Source: Caecitellus pseudoparvulus
Taxonomy: Eukaryota; Protista; Bigyra: Bicosoecida
NCBI GenBank assembly: GCA_965644315.1
Contig: CBFFRQ010000062.1
Span: forward strand, 248,001-312,000
Reading direction: 5' to 3'
DNA: 64,000 bases
Shown here one piece after another: positions 54,823-64,000 of the stretch (position 1 is the stretch's first letter; each line of letters starts with the position of its first letter). A program made the position numbers and the translations under genes. The notes beneath the pieces were generated by a model. It saw nothing but the letters and a program-made list of their open reading frames with translations, did no database searches and was not told the DNA's origin.

Positions 54823-57422
54823 TTACTCGGCCAACGGCACGGGCACGGTGGTGTCCTTCTTGTGGTGGTACTCGGTGCGGTATGCACCCAGGGCCCAGAT
54901 GGGGAAGACGTTCCGGTAGGACGTGTACGTGATGCCGCAAGTGCGGTTAAACACCCCCGCCACAGATTGCTGCGGCCAGTCTCCACTGGTGCGCTGCAGT
55001 CGCATGAGGAAGCGTACCCCTGCTTCCACAGCCTCCACGTGGCTGGTCTGTGCCTTGATGAGGCCGAGCAGGGCCCAGGCAGTGTTGAAGGCAGTGCTCT
55101 CTCGCGACACGTAAGTCTTGCGGACACAAGAAAGGTACGATTCCCCCCAGCCACCATCAGGGTTCTGTTTGGAAACGAGGAAATCACAGGCCTTGGCGAG
55201 GGCCGGAGCATCTTCTCCCGAAGGGTCGCCTGCAGCCACCATGGCCTCCACCCCGAACCATGTGCCATACGTGAAGCAGACACCCCAAGAACCGTAGAAG
55301 GAGCCATCTGGGCGCTGCTGCAAGCGTACGAAGTCCACACCTCGCTGAATGGCTGCGGTGATCTCTGCTGTGCGGTGAGACGGGTGCTGCCCCTGGAACT
55401 GGGTCAGTGCGGTGACGCACGCAGACGTCAGTTCAGTGTACGTGTAGTCAATCATGATGTCCCCAAAGACCTCTGCAGGGTTCAGCCACTCAAACCAGTT
55501 GTAGCCTCGGTTGCGCTCATATGTTGCCCAGCCGCCATCGGGGTTCTGGAACTCCAGCACCAAGTTGACGGCGTCGAACATCCTGGCAGGTGGAATGCGG
55601 GCGACAGCGGTGCCCATGCGATGAATAGCCATGACCCCCTTCAAGCCCTCGCTGGTGCAGTCAGCGATGGGCCAGCCGTGGTCATTGGTGCTGAATGGCC
55701 AGCCCCCCTTGGAAATGATGCGGAAGAAAGCTTCCCTGTTGGGGACGTCTTCCTTGCTCTGCGTCGCGTCGAAGAAGCTGTAGGCACGGGCCAGCGTGTC
55801 CGACACCCGCTCTGCCATGCCCGTGGCTTCCATGGCTTGAATGGCAAAGCCCGTGTCCCACAGCTGGCTACCGTTGTACCCTTGCATCTTGACCCCGTCC
55901 TCAGCAACCCACAGGTAGTCCCAGATGCGGGCTACGTGCTTGGAGAACTCAGGGCTGTCTCGGCCGAATTCGTGATATGCGACCAGCATGTTCATGACTT
56001 TGTTGACTGGCCCGATGTCCACAAAGTTGGTCTGCTTGTCTTCTTCGTGGCAGTACTGTGCGGCAAAGCGCAGGGCAGGCTCACGGAGCATTTGCAGAGG
56101 GGCTCGCTCGTAGTACTTCAGCACTTCGAAGGCGGCATCCATGATCTTGGTGTGGGGGGAGTACAGGTCGCGAGGGCAGATCGTGTTCCGTGCAGCATCC
56201 CAATCGACTGCGGCATACTCGACAGGGTACAGTTCTTTCTTCAAGGCGACCTGCAGGGGCCCTTCAGGCGCGGCTGCCCGGGCACCGTACAGGTAGCTCA
56301 TGGGCAGGTACACCATTCGGGCGTGGCACCACATGCGCCAAGGGTGGAAGGGTGACCAGCGGGGGAGCAGCCACAGCTCGGGGGGGATGCTGTTCAAGCC
56401 CTGCCACTCGTACACACCAAAGACGCACAGCCAGAACTTGCACCAGGAGGGCGCAGTGGTGGCGCCGCCGTGCTTATGGATGAAAGCCCGCGCTGCCGCC
56501 ATCTCGACAGACTCGGCAGCCATGCCGAGAGTGCGGCACGCAACGTACTGCATGACTGTGCCAAACATGGTGCTGGGACCTTCCATGTGCAGTCCCCAGC
56601 CACCGTCCTCTTGCTGGTGGTTCTTCATGTACGTCAGCATACCATCCACGTGCGCCGCTGACAGCTGCACGCCAGTGATGTGGCACACCATGACAAGGCC
56701 AGGCAGGAGGAAGAACGGCCCCCCGTAGTCCCCCGCCCAGTGACCGTCGTCGCTTTGTAGATGAGCGTAAAAATCCAGCGCCTGTGCAGTGGTTGGGAGG
56801 TTGGGCGTGTGACGGGGTGCCGGTTGGCAGGCACCACCACCACCACTCACGCTGCTGATGGCATCGTCCACCGACAGGGAGCCTCGCGCGCCGCGCTGTG
56901 GGGCTTCGACATCCAGTCCGCTGCCTTCCAGCATTTGAGCCCGCAGAATCTTGTCGCCCGAGTTCTGTGCAAGGTGTCGGCCGAGGGAAGGCGTGCGAGC
57001 AGGGCAAGGCTGATGTGCGGATTTTCGGCTCTCACCTGGTTCGAGCTGGCATCAAACGGCTCGTAGGGTGGCGAGGTATCTGCCGCTTGGCCAGTGGGCA
57101 CCCAGACCTGCCGTCCGATGAGGTGCCCTGTGAGCTCGCCGCCCGTCAGGCCGTCTTCGCCTGGGCAATCCACAGTCCCTGGCTTTCCGTGGCTGCCTTT
57201 GAACTCCCACCCGTGCGCCATACGCAGCTTCTTGGAGTTGGGAAGCGGGGGGTTGTCATCGATGAATGAGTTCCAAATGGGGTTCACACCGGAGCCATAG
57301 CTTGCCGACTTGCCGCACTTCAGGGCTCCGCAGGCATACGCCGTCACTAGCACACCGAAGCCGAGCAGCGCGAGTGGCACAGCCACTGCTGGGCTCGCCA
57401 AGAATTCTAGCAAGCCCTGCAT
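54823..57422 (-). CDS. CAS1: Oxidosqualene cyclase, cycloartenol synthase type, with N-terminal signal-anchor extension
   Basis: GRQ.W, DGHWAGDYGGP.FL.PG, MWCHAR, MQGYNGSQLWD, HGWPIADCTSE and QW repeats (Q.PDGGWGE). Tyr/His/Ile at the positions equivalent to AtCAS1 Y410/H477/I481. Introns 56965..57035 and 56782..56850. Confidence 0.95.
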
Positions 57423-57660
57423 GGTGGAAGGAGCAAGAGTCTGCTGAGTCTGGGTCCCTTTTTCTCAAAGGTCCCTTGTGTATATTGAGGTTGTTTTGAA
57501 TCACACGGGGGTTGTGCTTGGTTGTTTCCTGCGGAATTTGGCCGGTTGCCTTCTGACACCACTCGAGGTGCAATTCAAAATCACTCCACCACGCTCGCAA
57601 AGCAGGGACAAAGCCCAGCGCACAGTTCATGTCTAACTTCTTCACCCTGAGCATTCCCCC

Positions 57661-59397
57661 ATGCGCGTCGCTCTGCTCTTGTGGACGCTGGCTGGTGCTG
57701 CATGCGCTGCAGCATCACAGACCACCTGGCACTTGCATTGGATGGCACCTTTCTTCAGGTTCGTGCCCTTGTGCTGTTTCTGTTTGGGCGTAGGCAGAAA
57801 TGACTTCCATCTGATCGCATGCTCCACAGTGGAGGAGGGTATTGCTCGGAAGCCATTGCGTTTGCCTCGGGCCTGGCCCAAGCTGGCGTGAGCCTCTCCA
57901 TTGACCAGGTGGGTCGCTGCCCCTACAAAACAAGCGCACACCCAATGCATGGGGTGTCTGTTCGCCCATACACAGCATGGGGATTCCTTCTCACGGGCTT
58001 TTCTCTCGGGTCTGGACGTCCACGTCCGGAAGGAGCTGTTGGCCCTCTACCACACGCCGCTTCCTGTAGACAAGCCCACCATCGTTGTCTGCCACTCAGA
58101 ACCGGGGGCATGGCACCCGGCGCACTACCACACAAGCATGTGCCCTCTGTCCAGCGCCGCCATCACCATCGGCCGGACCATGTTCGAGACGGACAGGGTC
58201 CCCAACGGCTGGCCACCGCGCCTGCAGCGCATGGGGGAGGTGTGGGTCCCAACTCAATTCCACGCAGACATCTTCGTCCGCAGCGGCGGCGTGGACCCTT
58301 CCCGCATTCGCGTCGTCCCTGAGGCGGTAGACACCCACCGCTTTGACCCTGCACTGCATAGCCCTCTGCCGCCGCATGAGCTGCGCGTGCCAAGCGACAC
58401 GTTCAACTTCCTGTCTGTGTTCAAGTGGGAGCATCGGAAGGGGTGGGATGCGCTGTTAAGCGCTTTCTGGGCCGAGTTTCGCGGGGACGAGCGAGTTGCC
58501 CTGCACGTGCTGACGTCATCCTACCACAGTTCGGGTGACTTTTCCAGCGCCGTGCAGCTGCACCTTCGCCAGGCGCACGACTGCCAAGGTATGGAGCAAC
58601 GAATGGCAGAGCAGCTGGCCCACGCGCGTGATGGGCGTGGCTTTGTGGGGCGTGCTCCCAGTGCCTTGGATCCTTCTGCAAGGTTGCATGACTTGGAGTT
58701 GCAGAGGGGTGGGGAGGGTCACGTGTGGCACCCAACCTGGTGGTGTGTGGACATGGATGAGACGCATACCCATGCTGTTGCGGAGACACGCGTCATGCAC
58801 GTGCATGCCAATGCGACTGATCCTGCCGCCGTGCACGTGCCCACCGTGCACATGCAGGGCACGCCCCAGACGGTGCAGCTCGGGGAGGGCCAGGTTGGTC
58901 TCTACTTCAGGCGCCCGTACAGCAGCTTACCACAAGTGCGGCTGGTGCCGACCATAAGTGATGCTAAGTTGCCTCGGCTGTATGCCTCTGCTGATGCGTT
59001 CGTGTTGCCTTCTCGGGGGGAGGGCTGGGGGCGGCCCCACGTGGAGGCCATGGCCATGGGCCTGCCCATCATCGCCACGAACTGGAGCGGGCCCACGCAG
59101 TTCATGACAGAGGAGAACTCTATCCCCCTACCCACAGCAGGGCTAAGACCTGTTCCAGACGGTCCTTTTGCCGGGCACCTCATGGCTGAGCCCTCCAGCA
59201 CACATCTGCGCCAGGCCATGCGAACTTTGAGAGACGACCCGCCCCTCGCGCGAAAGCTCGGCAGCCAGGCGAGGGAAGACATGTTGCGGCAGTACAGCCC
59301 TGCTGCGGTGGCTCAAATCGTGCAGGCTGAGCTGGATCGGGTTGTGCACGCAGCAGGGCTTTCCAGAGAGCACCAGCCTGCACGTGAGGAGTTGTGA
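57661..59397 (+). CDS. Secretory-pathway GT4 (GT-B) glycosyltransferase
   Basis: Signal peptide; APFFSGGGYCSEA; GRTMFETD.+P; WVPT.F; FLSVFKWE.RKGWD.L; DAFVLPSRGEGWGRPHVEAMAMG.P.I.TNWSG (EX7E). Introns 57759..57829 and 57909..57975. Ends REEL. Confidence 0.92.
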
Positions 59398-59804
59398 CGA
59401 GTCCGCTGCACATGTACCCCTCAGCAAGTCAGCTTTCCCTTCCGTGCCCATAAATTTAATGTCACAAACACGCCAAACGCGCTCTTCTCGTGGGGTTAGC
59501 TGCTTCACGTGTCGATCTTTCCCCACTGTCCTGTCGCAAGGATCCTTCCAGTGGTGGTGCGAAGCACTGCTACTCCTGGCACTCCTCAGCGACACGTCTG
59601 GACGTTGCGTTTGCACGGCAAGGTACAGGCCACCAACCTCCTCTCGGAAGGGTACGTAGGCACGAGCCATTGACACAAGCAGGATTGGCATGTGACCCAC
59701 GCTGCCCAGGCACAACCCTGAAGCTGACCGCAGGGCATGTCGCGGAATTTGCGCACACTCCAACACGCTCCATGTGCAACGCAGGTTCTCCTGCTCTCAC
59801 AACC

Positions 59805-60452
59805 ATGGCCGCCGGTAGCGCAAGCACAGAGCTAACAGTGCACTTAATCACACTGGGTAACAGTGGGGTGGGGAAGTCCAGCCTGCTGCTGCAGTACGAG
59901 GAAAACCGGTTCAGCCCTTCATACATTACCACCATTGGTATCGATGTCACAAGCCGAACTGAAGATCTCAAGGTGGACCCGGCGGGAGATCCCGTGCGGA
60001 CGCAGGTGAAGTGCTGGGACACAGCGGGCCAAGAGCGCTTTCGATCCATCAGCAAGCAGTACTTGAGGAAGTGCCAGGGCGCGATGCTGGTGTACGATGT
60101 CACAGATGCTAGCACGTTTGAAGCTGTTGGAGGCTGGATGGAGACGCTGGGTGGCAGCGAGGGCCTTCGCAAGGGAGCCCCCTTGGTACTGGTCGCAAAT
60201 AAGGTGGACATGGTTGACAAGCGCGTCGTCAGTGAAGAGGCTGGGCGCAGCGCAGCCGCCAGCATTGGCAGTGGTGTGCCGTACATTGAAGCCAGCGCTG
60301 CCACCGGCGCCAACGTCCGTGAAGCATTCATCCTGCTTGCTACCGAGGCCGCAAAAGTGCGCATGGGCCGCGCGAAGCCTTCAGCAGCACCCCCCACAGT
60401 GAAGCCCAAGGCGGGCGGCTCCACAAGCTCAGGCAAGAGCTGTCCTTGCTGA
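59805..60452 (+). CDS. Rab GTPase (divergent Rab1/Rab8 group)
   Basis: GNSGVGKS, YITTIGID, WDTAGQERFR, YDVT, NKVD, E.SA; C-terminal CPC prenylation motif. Confidence 0.93.
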   Translation: MAAGSASTELTVHLITLGNSGVGKSSLLLQYEENRFSPSYITTIGIDVTSRTEDLKVDPAGDPVRTQVKCWDTAGQERFRSISKQYLRKCQGAMLVYDVTDASTFEAVGGWMETLGGSEGLRKGAPLVLVANKVDMVDKRVVSEEAGRSAAASIGSGVPYIEASAATGANVREAFILLATEAAKVRMGRAKPSAAPPTVKPKAGGSTSSGKSCPC

Positions 60453-60457
60453 GGCCG

Positions 60458-61354
60458 TCACCGCTCATCTTGGGCGTACCGCTCGCTGAACTTGCCCATG
60501 CCCGGCTGCAGAAAGCCAGTGTCGGGACTCAGGCCGCTGTCGATTGTGGCCGTGGTCACTTGCACCTCCTTGAAGCCGCGCAGCATATCTGCAACCTCCG
60601 GGGACATGGTCAGGGCGATGACGTGGATGTGGTCCTGCTCCATGCCCTGAGCGAGCAAAAAGTCAAGCGCCCCTTTCAGCGTCTTGCCTTGCCCTGACAC
60701 AGGCTCCAAGATTAACACATGCCGCTTGGCGAGGTCTGCGGGCAAGTTGTGGCGGGCCACCTGCTTGGCTCCCTCTGCCCCGCGCTCCATCCAAATGAAT
60801 GCCATCTCCAAGCCGGGCACAGCTGCCCTCAGGTTCTTCTCCATGAGCACACCATCTGCGGTGATTGTGACGCCGAGCAAGTTGCTGTCGTCTTCGAGCG
60901 CAAGGCCCTGGTAAGAGTTGCCGTGGGGAGTTTCGACCTCCACCTCCTCAGCTGGCAGCTGAGAAAGCGCCTGCTCCACTAAGACGGTTGCTAGACGGTC
61001 AGAAAAGTGCTTGAAGTGTGCGGCTGCGGGGAAATGCGCACAGGGTGCCGCTTTGCGTACTTCAGCGCGACGGCGTGTTGCTGGTGATGGTGCACCCGAA
61101 ACTCCGCACTGGCACGTACGGGAAGTTCGCTGGTCCCTCAGCCGCGTGACCATCATTTGCACTGAATCAGATTCAAGGGCCATGACGTTGACATTGCTGT
61201 GGAACTGCTTCCAGAACTCTGCCTTGAGCCCGTCGCCAATCGCGTCACAGGAGGAGAACTCGGCTTCGGCAGATGCGGTGCGTGGTGCAAGGTTGGCGAA
61301 GCACCCCCAAGCAGAGACCGCCGCCGCTGCAGAGAAGGCACGCGAAGCTGCCAT
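60458..61354 (-). CDS. Uracil phosphoribosyltransferase-like protein with degenerate active site and probable mitochondrial presequence
   Basis: T.LRD..TS, F....DRL...L.E.AL..LP...V.V.TP.G..Y.G, LP.D+..R.VL+L.P, TA.ID..L..G++.PG+G.F..RY. In-frame intron about 61025-61119. Confidence 0.8.
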   Translation of the reverse strand: MAASRAFSAAAAVSAWGCFANLAPRTASAEAEFSSCDAIGDGLKAEFWKQFHSNVNVMALESDSVQMMVTRLRDQRTSRTCQCGVSGAPSPATRRRAEVRKAAPCAHFPAAAHFKHFSDRLATVLVEQALSQLPAEEVEVETPHGNSYQGLALEDDSNLLGVTITADGVLMEKNLRAAVPGLEMAFIWMERGAEGAKQVARHNLPADLAKRHVLILEPVSGQGKTLKGALDFLLAQGMEQDHIHVIALTMSPEVADMLRGFKEVQVTTATIDSGLSPDTGFLQPGMGKFSERYAQDER

Positions 61355-61458
61355 GGCCTGTCAGCTTAGCAATGATACACAATGGCGACTCTTGCTTGTG
61401 TCCAGGAGCGCGTGGCCAGGGTTGAGGTTGGTAGAGTGCTTGGTTTGTGGGAGGGCGT

Positions 61459-63205
61459 TCAAGTTGCTACTTGTCCGTGGCGCGCCAGCACAGCCACCTT
61501 GCCAGAGTCAAACCAAGCCACAATCCCCGACAGTGACATCGAAGCTGTCTGGACGCTATCTTCTGGGGCCACTGCCGCTGTGCATAACTCTTCCGAGCAG
61601 GCACCTGGGCCTGGCGGGTCAACTGCTGGCGGAAGTTGGGCAGCTTGCCAGAGAGAGCGAAGGCGCCCACTGGTACGGCGGCCAGCCTGCGAAGCGGCTA
61701 TGTCGTGCTTGACCGCCACTAGACCGGTGCTGGATGTTGAAGCTGAGGGTGCGGTGCTGGGAAAACTGCCTGCGATGACAGAAGGCAGCCAGGTCAATCC
61801 TCGGCACCGCCCCGCGGAGCAATGGATCACTTGCACAGGCTGCAGGGAGTGTGCACCACCACTGTCTGAAGAGCAGACACGGAAAATACGAAGGGACGTA
61901 TCCCAGCAGCCTGCAGCGAGCTGACACCCCCCCTGACTCCACGCAACAGCTCCGACTCCTGCAGCCGGCAATTGGGTGTGTGACTCGAGGCTCAGCCGCA
62001 CGACTGGGGGGGCTTGCAGCTGCGAACGAGTGGACGCCGCCTTGGAGAGGGAAACACTCACAAGCGCAAGCTCTCTGTGGGATCCGCCAACGACAGCCAA
62101 GCCATCGGCGGCTCCGGCATCACAAGTGGCTGTGCCGGCAACGCACATGCCACCGCCAGCCAAGGCAAGCACGCTGGCTGGCGGGGTGGCGGCAAGGTCT
62201 GCAAGCCTTGGTGCTGGGAGTCTTGAGTACTCTGTCACCCCTGTCGCTGATGCCAACGCTCGGGACAGGGAGCTGGCCTTCAGCTCTCTAGTTGCAGGCA
62301 CGGCCTGCTTTGAGAAATCCAGCCCACCTGCAGCATGTCCGATGGGGGATGCTTGTGGAGCGTCAAACTGAGCCAGGAACGCTGCTTGCGAAATGGGCTC
62401 GCCCCACGCTGCAGCAGCCCCTAACAATGCGCCGCTTGGCAACAACTGGTGTGCATGCGCAGACTTGTTGGTTGGCTGGCCGACATTGGGGCCAGCCTGC
62501 ACCCAGTGTGCGGCCAGCAGCCCGGACTCATGCACAGATAAAATCACCGCCCCAGAACTGTCGAACTGCACCACATCCATGCCCATAGTCAAGCCAGCTG
62601 GCAGAGCTTCCACGGCAGGCGGAGAAGCAGCACTCTGTGAGCGGAGCATGGCTGGCCCAGCGGGCTCCTGCAGCTGTAGCGGCTCCGATGCAGGCAGAGC
62701 TAGGTCCCAAACTGCACAGACATCTGGCGATGTACTGTGTGGGGCAGCAACTAGCGTCTGCTGAAGCAGTGAGAATGCGCAAGCTCCGGCGAAGACAGAG
62801 GCGAGCGGTGAGCCGATTGGAGTGCCTTGCCCGAGGGGTTTGAAGCCTTCGTCAACCTGCCACAGAGTAATCTCCCCCTCCCGCCCATGTGTCCATACGA
62901 AGAGGGGGTCGGGTTTGGTCCCAGTGCCGGGGACTTGGCCAACCCCAAGCACGGCCTGCGAGTGGGCTTGCCATGAAGCCAGTCGGAGCATGGTCAAGCC
63001 ATCCCACACCTCTAGGCTTCCACTTTGCAGCCTGCAAGCCAAGGAAGGGAAGGTGGCGCACAGCATGATGAGCAACACAACTGGACCAAGGAACTACGCA
63101 CCCGATGAGGAGTGTTGGGCTCTCCCTCCGCTGCAGCACGCAGCAAGCTGTGGCCTGCTGTGCGCAGGTCAAGGAAGCAGCCACCCTGAACTCGCCGAGC
63201 GCCAT
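61459..63205 (-). CDS. WD40 protein, GNB1L/ASA1-like
   Basis: LLIG|LQSGSLEVWD (intron 63032..63101), WQAH, THGREG.I.LW, E.G.L, GV..VAW..G.QLAAGCWD..LRIF. Confidence 0.7.
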
Positions 63206-63384
63206 GTGCACACTTTGCCATCTAACAAAATGTCCACAACAACGAAGACATTGGACCAGGCTGGATCCACGGCTACCTTGCCGCCGTGCTGTTTTGAGCG
63301 CCCTGAGTGCAAAGTGCCAGGGCAGGGCAAGTGCCCAATTTCCGCAGCTGCATGGTTGACTTCCTCCTGGCGTCCTGAGTCAGC

Positions 63385-64000
63385 ATGGCAGGGTTGCGAT
63401 GCAGGTGCCGCTTCGCATCTCGTATGACACCGCTCCAGCGTTACTCCCTGAGTCCATATGCCAAGTGGAAGCACTTCGGCCAGTGGCCGTGGCAACTCAC
63501 CTGGCACCTGTTGCTCATCGCGCTGAGTACCTACCAAGTGGTGGTGTTCAACGCTGTCCAAGGAGTGTCTCGTCGCGCAGTGGGCATCCACTTTGCCAAG
63601 GCATTCTTTCCTGATGACTATGCTCAGTTCAACGGGGACGACGCGGTGCATCCGTGGAAGCACTACTTCATCTTCACATGGGAGGATCTTGTCGGAGACA
63701 TGTCTCTCGCTCTGCACCGGTACTACGCCATGCCTTCAGTCGGCCTGACGCCCATGACAACAACAGCTGCAACTGAAACCAACACGTCTTTGACTCGCTT
63801 GCCGCCAGGCCTGCTGCGCGGGTGGGCTGTGGGCAGGTATGGGCTGGCAGCACCGAAGCTCACCTTGACGCTGTTCAAGCAGAGCCCCTCGGAGCTGCAC
63901 GACAGGAGGAGGATATTCAAGCCGAGTGATACTCAGGAGCATGTTTTCAGTGCAGTCCATCCCGCTGCAGATTTGCAGGGCCTGCTCACGTCTCCTGAGC
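63385..64000 (+). CDS. Mucolipin/TRPML-like channel, 5' part (runs off the window; absent from the ORF track)
   Basis: Manual translation from ATG 63385/63424 gives RYSLSPYAKWKHFGQWPWQLTWHLLLIALSTYQVVVF..HFAKAFFPDDY..IFTWEDL..ALHRYYAMPSVGL. This matches the TRPML pre-S1/S1 region (MSP..K+...G..P.KL..Q++.I...T.Q+++F) and the start of the luminal domain. Confidence 0.75.
   Translation, partial: MAGLRCRCRFASRMTPLQRYSLSPYAKWKHFGQWPWQLTWHLLLIALSTYQVVVFNAVQGVSRRAVGIHFAKAFFPDDYAQFNGDDAVHPWKHYFIFTWEDLVGDMSLALHRYYAMPSVGLTPMTTTAATETNTSLTRLPPGLLRGWAVGRYGLAAPKLTLTLFKQSPSELHDRRRIFKPSDTQEHVFSAVHPAADLQGLLTSPE

Noticed and set aside
53321-59397. DECR-OSC-glycosyltransferase as a triterpene/sterol biosynthetic gene cluster
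   Set aside because: The OSC has housekeeping cycloartenol residues. The GT is a lumenal GT4, not a GT1/UGT, and there is no P450 or acyltransferase; adjacency is expected by chance in a dense genome.
59400-59800. Possible small spliced - strand gene (MARAYVPFREE..)
   Set aside because: No recognisable product; the region is equally explained as Rab 5' UTR with an intron ending at ~59784.

Overview
Gene-dense, GC-rich (about 60-70%) eukaryotic nuclear DNA with many short (mostly 60-80 nt) GT-AG introns, frequent GTGCGT/GTGAGT/GTACGT donors and YCAG acceptors. It is most consistent with a compact protist genome. A stramenopile-like origin is my inference from the cycloartenol synthase and a Dam1-like gene; I have not verified it. 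About 24 protein-coding genes are supported: C2HC-Zn/CAP-Gly, two ankyrin proteins, a coiled-coil protein, a 2,350-aa multidomain scaffold with a dead nicotinamidase domain, Lines-like, TAF11, a G8/beta-helix surface protein, Dam1-like, Bud32, PRX5-type peroxiredoxin, a SUN protein, a 3,000-aa mucin/Cys-rich multi-TM protein with a higher-order 36-nt repeat, a multi-La-motif/CCR4-type EEP fusion, SLX1, COMMD10, TBCCD1, an ACBP-DECR1 fusion, cycloartenol synthase, a GT4 glycosyltransferase, a Rab, a degenerate UPRT, GNB1L/ASA1 and the start of a mucolipin. Four things stand out. (1) An apparently novel RNA 3'-end enzyme that joins up to four La motifs to an intact CCR4/nocturnin/Angel-type phosphohydrolase. 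(2) A gene-free, low-GC ~3 kb island with an AT-skew switch (candidate centromere/origin) containing a possible structured RNA. (3) A mitochondrial ACBP-2,4-dienoyl-CoA reductase fusion. (4) Pervasive abutting or overlapping convergent gene ends. All domain calls come from motif recognition by eye; no database searches were run.
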